This document shows, piece by piece, positions 1 to 12,013 of a stretch of 64,000 nucleotides of DNA (position 1 is its first letter; each line of letters opens with the position of its first letter). This DNA is from Squalus acanthias (taxonomy: Eukaryota). The translations under genes were made by a program, and so were the position numbers. The stretch spans positions 6,634,001-6,698,000 of the forward strand of contig CM059452.1 in the NCBI GenBank assembly GCA_030390025.1. Reading direction: 5' to 3'. The notes beneath the pieces are model-generated. The model did no database searches and was not told the DNA's origin. It saw only the letters and a list, made by a program, of their open reading frames with translations.

Positions 1-121
1 GAAGGGAGACGAAATCTCAGGACAATATCTGGCAGCTGCTAATACGTCTAGAAAGTACGGTTACCTCAATATAAGCAGCATGAGTGTGGAGGACGGAGCG
101 GTCTATTACTGTGCAGTGAGG
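1..121 (+). CDS. TCR V alpha/delta segment V1, 3' part only (runs off window start)
   Basis: Frame 2 reads KGDEISGQYLAAANTSRKYGYLNISSMSVEDGAVYYCAVR. It is followed directly by CACAGCG (122-128), a 23-bp spacer and ACAAAAACC (152-160). Confidence 0.9.
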
Positions 122-274
122 CACAGCGTCAGATAAAAGCAAAGGCCCCGGACAAAAACCTCAGCGAGAATTTACAGCTCCATTAAGTGTTCTTTTGTGC
201 TGCTTTCTGTGGGGTTAATTTGATCCCAAACCCACGGAGACTAAAGACAGCCAGGTTTCTATTTCAACGAGTTG

Positions 275-642
275 TATTTGTGTCTGTGTCTTTGCCCAAA
301 TCAGCGGAGAACCGGTCTGGGAAATCTGGAGACTTCACTCCCTGCCCCGAGCTGTATCTCCTCATTAAATAACTCGGATCTTCCCCGGGGATACTGGTTG
401 TACCAGAAGAGGTAGGGAAATCTATCGGCTGTGGAGTAACTAGAGTTCAGTATTAAGATCTGTCCTTCCTGAACCGTTAATTCAGGTGGATCCTGGGAAA
501 ATGAGGCTTCACCATTGTAACAAAATACTGAATCTGTCAGAAGTCTGGGAGTAAATATAACCCATGAAATACATACGATATTTTAAACATAGACTCACCG
601 GGCAGCACGACCATTATTATCAGTAAGAAACATGGGGAGCAT
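275..642 (-). pseudogene. TCR V alpha/delta pseudogene V2
   Basis: Leader-like exon 642-599 ends at a GTGAGT donor but is frameshifted (44 nt). The V exon reads SQDPPELTVQEGQILILNSSYSTADRFPYLFWYNQYP, with the first Cys replaced by Ser, then a frameshift. No YYC motif or RSS. Confidence 0.75.
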
Positions 643-799
643 GGTGTCTGGTTTAGATGGGAGTCTCCGGCTCTGATACCAGAACAACATTAACTATTGG
701 TCACTGGCCCCATCTCACAGACTGACGCTGCTAAAGGGCGAACATTGGCTTTAATCCTCGTCCAGTTCTGAGGAGAACAATTTCGCTCCGTTCTCGCAT

Positions 800-960
800 C
801 CCCGCTCTGACGTCATGAATTGGCGAACAAAGTAGCTGTGAGCTGATTGGTTGAATTGGAAAACAAAGGAGCTGCAAACTGATTGGATAAATTGGAGAAC
901 AAAGGACCGAGAGCTGATTGAATGTGATCTGCTGACTCTGTCGGGAACGGACCAATCGGC
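800..960. promoter_or_regulatory. CRE plus clustered CCAAT boxes between divergent V2 and V3
   Basis: TGACGTCA at 808-815 followed by several ATTGG/CCAAT motifs. The CCAAT cluster is repeated at ~13,420-13,510 upstream of V8. Confidence 0.45.
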
Positions 961-1537
961 AGAGACCGGATATGACTCAACATCTTCCCAATTCTTGACG
1001 ACAAGACAATTTCAGCTTCAAACCGTTCTGTTCAAATCCACCACCAACTCTCTGCAAACATGTTGGCTGTTACTTTTTATTTATTCGTCACAGCTGCAGC
1101 TCTCTTAACTGATAAGTTCACAAGTTACACAGCATTGTGTTTCACATCTGTATCATACATTATATTTAATCGGTCAGTTCCCTGAACACATGAATATCAA
1201 TAGGTTGATCCGAAATGAAGAAAACCATCAGGATCCACCTTGACTCAACACTGAACACTGTTTGGGGAAACTCGACAAACTCCCTCAGTGAATGAAAGCG
1301 GATGAGTTGAGGTGAGATTACAGGCGAATGGCAGACAGACAAGCCCGTCGGCGTCAATGACGGACATTGACAGACACACGAGTCTTAAACCCACAGACAG
1401 TTTGGAGTTTTCCCTTCACATCACAAGAGGTGAAGGTGAGGAACTGATCCCGTTGGAAGGTGCTGAAGGTTAATTAAAGGGTGTTTATTCAGTCGATCCC
1501 AGCGCCATCCCGTGAGCAGCCCCTGAGCTGTGGGGAT

Positions 1538-1768
1538 ATATATTTATGTTCAACTGCCCTGATTTGCTTCACATGTAAGTGTTGGGGGTGACGGGCTGAA
1601 TCTGGGCGGTAAACACAGTGAAGTGACATTGTTTAATTTAATATCGCTCTGGGCTCTTGCACGAGATGGGCGAGGAGACTCCGGTTCACAGACACCGGCT
1701 GTAACCACAGTAAATGAAGGAGACGGTGTTCAGTTGTATTGTAATTATACAGCCACAAGCATCAATCA

Positions 1769-1770
<2 letters not shown>
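1538..1770 (+). pseudogene. Truncated TCR V pseudogene V3 (paralog of V8)
   Basis: The leader has lost its ATG and the acceptor CAG has become CAC. FR1 GDSGSQTPAVTTVNEGDGVQLYCNYTATS is cut off by a (TATC)n run. Confidence 0.85.
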
Positions 1771-1854
<84 letters not shown>

Positions 1855-1875
1855 CCTATATATATGTATATATAT
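1768..1875. repeat. (TATC)n / (TA)n microsatellite
   Basis: About 21 TATC units followed by TA repeats, read directly. Confidence 0.97.
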
Positions 1876-2783
1876 TATCCAGGTAGATGAGTGAAAGTCT
1901 TTCATAGAGGTAACCAGGCTGCTGACTGAGAGACAGATGGACAGCGGCCTGTCTGGGCCTCGGTCGCTTGTTCTCCCTGAGCAGGGGGACCAGTTTGTAT
2001 TCGGGTTCCCACAGTGCGGAGACACAGAGAAAGGAATCACTGGACACCGGGAAATACAGGAGGAAAAACATACTGACTGTCTGGAGCCTGTGCACAAAGG
2101 TCACGAGCATCTGGCGCCAGTAGAACTGAAAGGAAATGAAAGTCAGTTGTTGTGAATGTGGGTTGTGAGTTGTTGTTTATTTTTCAGATCAGAAAGGGTT
2201 AAATCTGCGAGCGCAAGCTGTCAATTTCCGAGCTCGAATTCATCTGATTAATGTTTCTGTCGCTGTAAGTGTTGATGTAAAAGGCTCTACATTCGCCATC
2301 AGCATCACCGCAACACATCTCGCTATAAATGAGCACTGGAAACTGCCCATAGATACACTGACTGTCTGTTTTCACCCAGGATCTCAAAAGTGTAAAAGTT
2401 CCCATTATATCCGCCAGAGGGCGCCGTGCTCATATGTTTCTCGCTGCTTCCTCCGCACTCAGTCCCATGTTATTCATGATATGTCGAAAACCATCAACAT
2501 TTCAAACCTGTTTATATTTGTGTTGTGTTCCTGGTGTTCAGTAAAATACCTCCCCTCCCGCTTGTTCTGTCTTGTTTTCACCGTCACAATCTCTCTCCAC
2601 CACGCTTATGAATGATTTCCTTATATTGCAAATCTTAAAGCAACTGCTAAGTGGCATTTTTGGTAGTTTTGTAAAGCTGCAGTTTGAAAAAAAATATCAT
2701 ATATTAAAATATGTAATGGGCGACACACTCAGAGAGACAGGATTGTAACCCGAGTGAGGAGTTTCTCCCGTGTCACTAACCAC

Positions 2784-3449
2784 TGTTGGACAGCCTGGAG
2801 AGATGTATGTTGGACATCTTGGGGAGTTACGGGTTAACAGTCGAACTTCTTTGTATCTTGGATTAACAAGCTTCCAGACTTTCAATATATAAACAGGATG
2901 ACTTTGAAGTGTCGTAAAAAGAATGCACTGCTTGTTTTCTGAGATGTAAAGTGCTTGTGTAAGGGAATACGTGATAGTAATGACGTCACCCATGAGTGGT
3001 TTAGTTTTAGGGTAATAAACATGGTTAGAAAGGAAACATTAGCTACAGAGAGCAGTTGGTACAGTATTTACTTCAAAGATGCTAGCAAATGTTCTGTCAG
3101 GAAGTCTTGTTTAAGGGACGTAGTTATGAATTAAACAAACAACAAACTGTTTAGATGAATATTCCGTTTTCAAAGGGTCTGGGAATAGATACGTCATACA
3201 GGCTTATCTATGACATTCTCCTTTGATGTAGTCAAATATGGTGTATAAAGGATCATGGTTTTCAACAGTATCTCAGCGTGTACTCGAAAGATACTGAAAC
3301 CGAAACAGTCACTCTCTGTATACAGTTAAAGACTGGTCACCTTTACTGTGCATCAATAAGGTCTGTTCCGTGTACTCCACTACGGAGTCTCGTGCTTACT
3401 CGAAACGTGTTGTTGTGAACCAGAGGAGAAAGGAGGTTGACTGCTAACA
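2784..3449. mobile_element. Solo LTR
   Basis: Termini TGTTGG...CTAACA, flanks ACCAC/GCCAC (5-bp TSD with one mismatch), internal TATAAA. Absent from the paralogous copy at ~16,500. Confidence 0.7.
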
Positions 3450-4297
3450 GCCACCATTTCCCTCCCCGTGTGATTAATTTCCGCGCCTCCTGTTAGTTTC
3501 AGGCAGACATTAATCTAACGGGTTCAGCAGATATTTAGGGAAGGGGCTCATATTCCCCTCCGAGCTATTGCCAACACAGTCGGATGATGGCGGTTAGATA
3601 TTATCTCGAAGTGACAATATATCGGTTTGAATGTAGATGAAGATGTTCAGTTTATTTCACTCACTGTCAGTAATCAGACTGAGGTGGTTGACGGGGGTCG
3701 GGTTTGATTAACCTTCTGATGGGGACACACAAGGGGAAGATTTCCTCTGGTCTCTCTGTGGAATTCTCCTCTGAAATTGTTTTAACGAAATCGCAATCTC
3801 ATTCTTTTAGAATGCGTTCATTATTTCGTTAGAAATAGCGACCAGAGGAAATCTCAACCACAGTGTGGACACCTCGGTGTAAACACGAATGTTACAGGAG
3901 AATGAAGTTAATGCTCTCGATGAGTCGTCACACACCAGCATAAAATAAACACTCAGTGTGACAGATTCGGCCCCGGTGAATATAATCCCACAATTAAGCA
4001 ATGCTGAAGTTTTCCTCAGACCAAGGAATGCACTCACTGAGTGACGGCTCCACAGGCCGATACTTTATGCTGTGACTGTCAGTATCTCTGATCAAACCCG
4101 CTATCAACTGGAAATTATAGAGACAAACCTTGCGGTCACACTGCCTGCGGCAGCCCCGCCCACAGCTTCCGTTCGCTGCTCTCGCTCTGACGCGCCTTGC
4201 CAGCCCTGTGTTTTTGGAGAGATTGCTGCAGCTGTTACGGGACTGTAAACAGGAGGGAGGTTTTTGTACAGTGACTGCCGCGTTTCCTCTCAGTGTG

Positions 4298-4728
4298 CGG
4301 CTCTATCGCACAGTAATACACCGCGGTATCCGCGCTCTCCGTGCTCTCAATGACCAATTGGCCGCGTTTGTCCGCAGTGGAAAGATCCAAATCAAATCGG
4401 TCCCTTCTCTCTTTGCCAGCCGATATTCGCTTTATTACCCACTCCAGTCCCTGACTGGGTCTCTGTTTGTACCAGTGCATGGCGTCAATGCTGGACATGT
4501 CATAGCTGCAGTTTATCTGCACCGAATCCCCGCTCCGGACTGTTATCGCAGCGGGAGACTGCAGCACTCGGTCCGAGAAACATCGACCTGTAAAAACATT
4601 CAGATAATAAAACACTGGAGCAACGTGAATAAAACAAACACTGCGGGTTATTGAGCACAGCTCCTGTACCTACATGGTAGCAGCACCAGAATAACGAGTG
4701 ATACATTCACTTGTACCGAGTAATACAT
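4298..4728 (-). CDS. TCR V alpha/delta segment V4 (intact)
   Basis: Leader exon 4728-4674 (MYYSVQVNVSLVILVLLP, donor GTAGGT). V exon 4587-4298 reads DRVLQSPAAI...INC...HWYKQ...YYCAIE. RSS is CACACTG (4297-4291), 23-bp spacer, ACAAAAACC (4267-4259). Confidence 0.92.
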
Positions 4729-5229
4729 CCTTGTAATTAAAATGTCAAGAGGAAAGCGGCAGACAGCTCGCATCAGAAGACCCCGAACCGAGTGACGACA
4801 TTGAACAGGCGGCTGATTAAAGTCAGCGCCGCCCAGTTAAAGTCTCAGTCACGTGGGTTTGCTGCTCTTGGATTGGCGGGAAATAGACATTGTTCACCCG
4901 CGGTTCACATCCGGACATGTCAGTGGTCCAATGACCAGCAAGTTCCTCTCCTCCTTGTGGAGGGAAGTGAGGTGAACCCCATCCCGTTGTGATAGTGACT
5001 CTCTAAAGGGACATTCCTGGCGCTGGGAGTTTGGAACCAAGTCAAACTCTATATAACCCTTTCCATACAGAATAGAAGGAGCCCCTGGATCTGTTCCCCA
5101 CAAAGGAGTCAACACATCGAGGACAGTCTGATAAACTCTTTCCTTACAGAATGTATGGAGGCTCTGACACTGTGCCCACAGCAGCAACAGCTGATATCTA
5201 GCCTTTCTCTCACAGAGCGGACAGCAGAA

Positions 5230-5275
5230 ATGCAGCTACTCAGCATCTGGATTGTGTGTGAGGCATTTCTAACAG
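5230..5275 (+). pseudogene. Orphan V leader exon remnant
   Basis: MQLLSIWIVCEAFLT closely resembles the V13 leader MRLLSIWAVWGAFLT, including upstream CAGAGCGGACAGC. It has no GT donor and no V exon follows. Confidence 0.65.
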
Positions 5276-5400
5276 CCGAGCTGGTCTGCAGTCTGTGTCC
5301 TTATAGGTGAATGGTCCCACATTTAGAGTCCAGTCTGGGAATGAAACCCATGCCTAGGTCTTGTAACCGGGAAGCGCAGGATTATTAATGGGTTTGGTTA

Positions 5401-5822
5401 ACATAAGAACATAAGAATTAGGAGCAGGAGTCGGCCATACGGCCCCTCGAGCCTGCTCCACCATTCAATAAGATCATGGCTGATCTTCGACCTCAACTCC
5501 ACTTTCCCGCCCGATCCCCATAACCCGTGATTCCCCTAGAGTCCAAAAATCTATCTGTCTCAACCTTGAATATACTCAAAGACTCAGCATTCACAGCCCT
5601 CTGGGGCAGAGAATTCCAAAGATTCACAACCCTCTGAGTGAAGAAATTCCTCCTCATCTCAGTCTTAAATGGCCGACCCCTTATCCTGAGACTATACCCC
5701 CCAGTTCTAGACACTCCAGCCGAGGGAAACAACCTCTCAGCATCTACCCTGTCAATCCCCTTTGCAATCTTATATGTTTCAATCAGATCACCTCTCGTTC
5801 TTCTAAACTTCAGAGAGTATAG
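5401..5822 (-). mobile_element. CR1 LINE 3' fragment
   Basis: ORF 5493-5732 has the CR1 ORF2 C-terminal motif RRNFFTQRVVNLWNSLP and an ACATAAGA tandem tail. Confidence 0.9.
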
Positions 5823-7286
5823 ATTTATTCCAGGGTCAATTCATTCTCTATAATTCCGTTAGTTTTACCGTCAGGACACTGTTAACCGTGACTCCAGTGA
5901 CCTTTCCCCTCCCGGGTCAGTTCACTGGTGAAATAACAATGTTGTCGGAATGATTTATAGATCCCTGATATTAGAATGATGACGTCTGCTGTTACTGAAC
6001 AAACAACTGAACAGATTAAAGAATAAACTCTCCCTGTAATTTAAACAGAGTTTCAAGAACTGTCCCCTTCTGTGGTTTGTATTAAAATGCTGTTTAAATT
6101 CTATCTGTTAAGTTCTGACCTTCTTTCTGTCTGTAATGATTTATTTAAAGATCCATAATCTTCAGATGCTTGATTACCAATGAGAGAGAATGGAGGGAAC
6201 AGCCTAGCGGTGCTTTTCAGGAATTTACCGCTCATCTGTATAAAGTGCCCGGGAGCAGAGCGCGGGGAGCGGGTTCTAAGCCCCCAGGGTGAGGTGCATG
6301 CTCTCGTTACCAAGAGCTCAACATCAGCAGGGCATGAAAAACTGTCCTTACAACTATCTCGCATATTAACAAATGATGAGGAGCAGAAAAAGAAACACAA
6401 TACAGGCAGTTTCGATTTGTTTTTCGCCCCTTTAACATCGATTTCCAGCATCAGTACAGTTAATGTCTTCAGAAATCAGATCTCAGGGTGTGTCTTTCAT
6501 TCACATTTTACTATTGCTTTCCCCATCTTCCACATCCTTCCACTCTCTTGTCCTGCCCACTGGTTAGTATCAAAATTCAATCCTTCGATATGATGGATGT
6601 CTTTTTGTGATGATTATTGCCCGATGTACCGTCCCAGCCCATTGTGGATTTCAAACATTAATCTTCAGTTCATTCCAAAATATACACAACTGTTGGAGAA
6701 ACAGCATTTAACTCACTGCCCGGGGTCTGAGCCAAACAAAGGATATTGTGAGCTGACGCCCTCTGGTGGATATTCTGAGAACTGTTCAGATGTCGGTGGA
6801 CAGGGTGTGAGGAATCCTGTGTGTATTCACTGAACTGTCTGCAATTCCTGTTTATGGGAAGCTGGGTTGGAGCGGTTCTGAATTAATATGCCGAGCAGCA
6901 GCAAACGTTTTACATCGTTCAACTACAGATTGGAAGAAGAAAGTTCATACGATTATAGGTAAAGAGTGGAGACAGGGGATGAGAAAGGACAGGCAGGCAC
7001 GGAAAGGGCATCGAAAGACAAAAGGTGTGTTCAGGCACTACAGATGGATTTGTGAATTTCATTTTTAGCATTTTGAAATCACCAACTAATGTAATTCCGC
7101 CAGTGGACTTCACCTTTTCATGTGGAGTGTTGTGTTTTGTCGACATTTAGAAGGTCCCTGTGACTCTCACTGTGGAGGCTGAATTATCGCGTGTTTATCG
7201 GTGTGAGAGCGCCCTCTGGTGAGCACTAACTGGAACTCTCAGTGTGGGTTTTTGTACGGGCTCCGCTATATCTCTGCAGCAGTGTG

Positions 7287-7761
7287 GGGCTCATGGCACA
7301 GAAATACACGGCGGTGTCGGAGATCAGGGCATTGCTGATCGTTAGCTCGGTAATCTTGCTGCTTTTATTAAACGTAGAAGAGAATCGGTCAGTGAATTCA
7401 GGGTTCCTGGTTACTATTCCTGCATAGAGATACAACACGTACTGTGGAGGCTGCCCGGGGTGCTGACTGTACCAGTACACAGAAGGGGTAGTAGCGGTTG
7501 TTTTCAAGGTGCAGTTTAGTGTGACGTTACTTTCCTCTTCAACCGTTATTTCAGAAACCGGCTGTTCCACTGCGTCTTGTTGGCTCCATTCTAATATAAA
7601 ATAATAGTAATAGTCATCACCATCACCATCATCATTAGGATCATTTAACCAATTATCATAGCTGAGTTACAGCCGTCAGGGGGAGAATGGATTTTAACTG
7701 GGAGGAAATACTTACTGAGAAGTGATATAATGATGAGGAGCGGTGCGAGGCGGTTGTACAT
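7287..7761 (-). CDS. TCR V alpha/delta segment V5 (intact)
   Basis: Leader 7761-7716 MYNRLAPLLIIISLL with GTAAG donor. V exon 7590-7287 reads DAVEQPVSE...LNC...YWYSQ...YFCAMS. RSS is CACACTG (7286-7280), 24-bp spacer, ACAAAAACC (7255-7247). Confidence 0.92.
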
Positions 7762-8560
7762 GACGCTCCCTGAGTCTGTAACTCTGCAGTCCTGGAAATC
7801 CTCTGTGGGAGCAGAAATACAGATCCCCGCCGCACTGTACCAAATAAGTAAGCTCTCCGATAACAGTAGGCGGGTTAAAGCGAGAGCAGCAAACGGAAGC
7901 TGTGGGCGGGGCTGCCGCGGGCGGTGTCACTGCAAGCTTTGTCTCCATCATTTCCAGTTGGTAACGGCCAGAAACATGTGACCACGGCGCCCTCTGGCGG
8001 TCACTCTGAGAACTTTACACTGTTAGGATAATAGATTGAGTAAAGTGTGAGTTTATCTATGGCGAACTTTCCAGCGTCCGGGTTTTGGGAGAGGCGGTTC
8101 AGACAATTTAACTGTGAAATAGGTGGAAGGATAATGTGAGTGAGCTTAAAGGAAGGGAAATTTTACTTTATTTCTGAATCTCTTTCTTTATGGCTTTCTC
8201 TTAACTTTAAGATTTATGTTTCTCACTCGTTATTTCTCACTTTCTTTCATTTCTTTTTCCCTCCTTTCCTAATTTGCTGTCCACTACACGTACTATTACA
8301 TTGATTTTTCTCTTTCTCTCATTCTTTCTTTAGTGCCTTCGCTTTGTTTTCCTCTGTCTGTGTTTCAAAATCTCTTCATTTCAGAATTTCTTTAACTCTC
8401 TCTCTTCTATATTTCCTATTATTTTTCTGTGCTCATTCCCTCTGCCCTCCGATTATTATAACCGGGCCCCTCCCAATCCCGTTACTCCAAACACAGCAGA
8501 GCGGCGCTCCCCCTCGGTGCAGGTTTCTGTGCGGACTCTCCGCCTGTTTGTTACACTGTG

Positions 8561-8894
8561 GGCTCACGGCGCAGAGATAGGTGGCGCTGTCTGTCACTCG
8601 CGCGTCTCTCACAGTCAGGGCACTGAGTTTATTGCCTCCCCCGATTGAAGCAGTGATCCTCCCGTGTTGATCGGCCCCGCTTGTGGCCATCACCAGATGC
8701 TGGAGGGTCTGATCCGGGTGCTGTCTGTACCAGTGCAGGAAGCTAAACGCAGCGGTAGCGGAGCAGTTGATGGACACGATTCCCTCTTCACTAACAACCA
8801 CCCGCCGAGGGAGCTGCTCCACCTCATCTTCACCGCTCACATCCGTGCAGATCAGAGCGTAAATCAGCAGGGAAACTCTGTAAATCCGGAGCAT
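8561..8894 (-). CDS. TCR V alpha/delta segment V6 with intronless leader
   Basis: A single ORF from ATG: MLRIYRVSLLIYALICTDVSG-EDEVEQ...INC...HWYRQ...YLCAVS. RSS is CACAGTG (8560-8554), 23-bp spacer, ACAGAAACC (8530-8522). Confidence 0.88.
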
Positions 8895-9074
8895 TATCCG
8901 ATCAGATGAAGAGGAGGCTGAAAGAATTGTTCACAGAGGTCGGGTTAGAACCAGAACACGGATATTATATTCAGGGTAATTAACAAAGAGACAGACTCTC
9001 GCTTCTTGTCCAACGCAGAGGTTTCTTCCTGTCGAACTAACGAAACAAGCTATATCTCTGGGTTTACCCACCCC

Positions 9075-9410
9075 GGGCTGCCCACACTCAGTGTTTCTCA
9101 CTGACACCAGCTCACACTGTCTCTGAGCTCACACCGGGCCGCCCACACTCAGTGTTTCTCACTGACACCAGCTCACGCTGTCTCTGAGCTCACTCCGGGC
9201 CACTAACTCTCAATGTTTCTCATTGACACCAGCTCACACTGTCTCTGAGCTCACACCGGGCCGCTCACACTCAGTGTTTGTAATTGACACCAGCTCACAC
9301 TGTCTCTGAGCTCACACCGGGCCGCCCACACTCAGTGTTTCTCACTGACACCAGCTCACACTGTCTCTGAGCTCACACCGGGCCGCCCACACTCAGTATT
9401 TCTCGCTGTT
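9075..9410. repeat. ~61-bp tandem minisatellite, ~5.5 copies
   Basis: Unit CCACACTCAGTGTTTCTCACTGACACCAGCTCACACTGTCTCTGAGCTCACACCGGGCCGC. Confidence 0.92.
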
Positions 9411-10708
9411 TCACCCTGTCCTCTGGTGGCGAGTACTGCTAATTGCGAGGTGCAATTATTAACGCCAATTCCCGATAATTTGCAGTACCGCAGATAATTA
9501 TAAGAGAGAACGGCTACTCGCTCCTGCTGGGGATTGCTGTGTCATTCAGAGAGATCCCAGCTCTCGACTTCCATTGCAGCATCCAACGATTCCAGTGTAT
9601 TTTCCTCCCCCATGCTAACTGAAAGTTTATTCCACACATTGATCACTGTCTGTGTGTGAAGCGGGATTTCCTGTTACCAGTTCTAGAATTTTAACCCGTG
9701 TTCTTTCCCAGAAGGATGGAGTGGGAATTTTTTATGCTAATATTTACAACATATCAATAGTAATAATAACATTGATAAATCACAATGAAAATTGATAATA
9801 AGCCATATAAACACTGATATTAATTTCAAAGTAATGCCTCTATTTCCGAATCTGCTTCTTTAATCCCTTTTCTTCAATAAAGTTACTGAACAATGTTCTC
9901 AGGCTGTAACTCGCCTCGATACTGAAACCAACACAGTGAACACATCCTCGCACTGCCCTCTGGTGGCGACTGCCTGTAACTACAAGGTACACGTCCTGTC
10001 CTGTTCCAGTTCAAAAGTTCATTCTGAATGAGGGAAGCCATTCGGCCCGTATTATCCGATCCATCCAGAGAGATACTATCTCCTGTCCCCACTGTGGCCT
10101 CAAACTTTTCCTTAAAAGTTTCCAGGATATGTTCCTCCACCACTGTATTCGGAAACTTATTCCATACATTCACCACTTCCTGAGTGTGAAGAAGATATTG
10201 TTCTATAATTACATTTTATACTTTGAACCCGTGCTTCCCTCTTCTACTTCAAACAGTTCAATTTAAAGTAATATTGCGGGATATGTTTTTAATACATCAA
10301 CTGTGTGATACTTCTCAAGACGTCATCGCAGTCAGGCACTGGGATACGGTGCTGATTAAAACTCTCGCACATCCGCGAGCAGCAGGTCACAAGCGCTGGG
10401 TTTGTCACCTTGGAATTGATTAATCCAAAGAAAGACGGCCGGGATCATTGTGAGAAAATGTGTGGACAGCGCGACAATTCCTCACAGGTGGATCCGAGGT
10501 GGGACATCACTTCCCGCGGCAGCCACGCGCACAGCTTCCGTTTGCTGCTCTCGCTCTGACCCGCCTTGCCTGCCCTGTGTTATTGGAGAGATTGCTGCCT
10601 CTGTTCCCTGTTTGACATTGGTTGGATCAGCAGTGCAGTGGGGCGCGGTCTGTATTTCTGCTCCGACAGAGGATTTCCCAGACTGCAGAGTTACAGACTC
10701 GGAGCATC

Positions 10709-11256
10709 ATGCGGATCCCTCTCGAACCGCTCCTCATCATTATATCACTTCTCAGTAAGTATTTCCTCCCCAGTAAACATCCATTCTCCCCCTGACTGCT
10801 GTAACCCAGGTGTTATTATTGGTGAAATGGTGACAATGATGGTGAATTAGGCACATTTCATCTCTACTCTCATTTCCATTATGTTTTAAATCTGAATTTG
10901 AAACACCCGCCGGTCTGATATTTTCCTGTTTGAACATGTTTTTCAGATCTGAGTCTTGGAGATTCTGTCACTCAGCCGCTGTCCTCAGGAGTTAAGGCAG
11001 AAGGAGAAGCGGTGACTTTAAACTGTACCTATGATACTACACAGGGCGGCAGCTATAATTTGTACTGGTACCGGCAACACCCAGACACTCCGCCCGAGTT
11101 TATTCTGACGAAATACGCGAGCGGTACTGAAGATAAAGCACATTTTGCCCAAACCCGTTTTTCAGCACAACTCGACAGCTCCACTAAATTCACCAGTTTA
11201 ACCATCTCGGGGCTGCAGCTGACCGACACTGCAGTTTATTACTGTGCCCTGAGACT
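10709..11256 (+). CDS. TCR V alpha/delta segment V7 (intact)
   Basis: Leader 10709-10754 MRIPLEPLLIIISLL. V exon 10947-11256 reads GDSVTQPLSSGVKAEGEAVTLNC...YWYRQ...YYCALR. RSS is CACAGTG (11257-11263), 23-bp spacer, ACAGAAACT. Confidence 0.93.
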
Positions 11257-11975
11257 CACAGTGATGGAAACCAGTTAAACCCTCGTACAGAAACTCCCTC
11301 CGCTTTGTAGATCAGAGGCTCCGCCTGCTGAACCCGGATATAACAGCGGGCACATGTGAAGAGTGACACAAAATAATTATTCAGCAAATCTGCCATTTCC
11401 TTATTTTCTATGACAGTATCACCCGAGCGTGTCTTTAAGCGGCCCGCATTACCCTGAGTCCCGCTTTCTCTTCTTACTTTGAAAACGTTTCCCTATAATC
11501 GCCATCAGAGCGAAGTTCGTTGTTGGGTTGAGTGTCGGGACGAGTTACAGACTAAGAACATTGTTCATTTTATTTAACTAAAGAATTAAAGAAACACATT
11601 TTTAAATGCAGGCATTAAGTTCAAAAGGAAGTCTGTGTTCCAAATGGTTAACTATTAAGTTATTATGAATGTGGTTATTGTTAACGTGAATACGTTGTAA
11701 ATATTTGTAATGAGCAGCTCACCCCAGAATCAGTAAAACTATCTGTTGCCTGCACCCTCCCATTCTGCTCAAACCTGTCAGTCACTCCCCATTTCATTCA
11801 TATAAAAGGTCGCGTTTGTCTAATTTACCGCATCGTTGTTTTCAAATCCTCAGGATCTACTGGCCGTCTCTACCTCCCTTTATATCATGATGTGGAGATG
11901 CCGGCGTTGGACTGGGGTGGACAAAAATGAGAAGTCGCACAACACCAGGTTATAGTCCAACAGATTTATTTAATT

Positions 11976-12013
11976 TTACAAGCTTTCGGAGCTATCGCTC
12001 CTTCGTCAGGTAA
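11976..12013 (-). ncRNA. Minimal hammerhead ribozyme (inverted copy)
   Basis: Reverse complement of 13137-13174. Confidence 0.75.

Larger units (their letters stand above)
660..4075 (+). repeat. Segmental duplication unit, copy A (paralogous to ~13,283-17,140)
   Basis: Colinear similarity: 660-1765 to 13,283-14,305; 1880-2783 to 15,610-16,505; 3450-4075 to 16,500-17,140. Confidence 0.85.

Noticed and set aside
1623-1886. ORF-track N-termini such as MTLFNLISLWALA (also 14169) and MFYYLNVFTG taken as signal peptides
   Set aside because: They are intron read-through from non-ATG starts. The real leaders are separate upstream exons.
6101-6833. ORFs of 78-137 aa between V4 and V5
   Set aside because: No Ig-domain or other motifs; probably chance ORFs.
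7131-7174. CACAGTG with a nonamer-like ACAAAACAC on the minus strand
   Set aside because: The spacer is 27 bp and no coding segment is attached.
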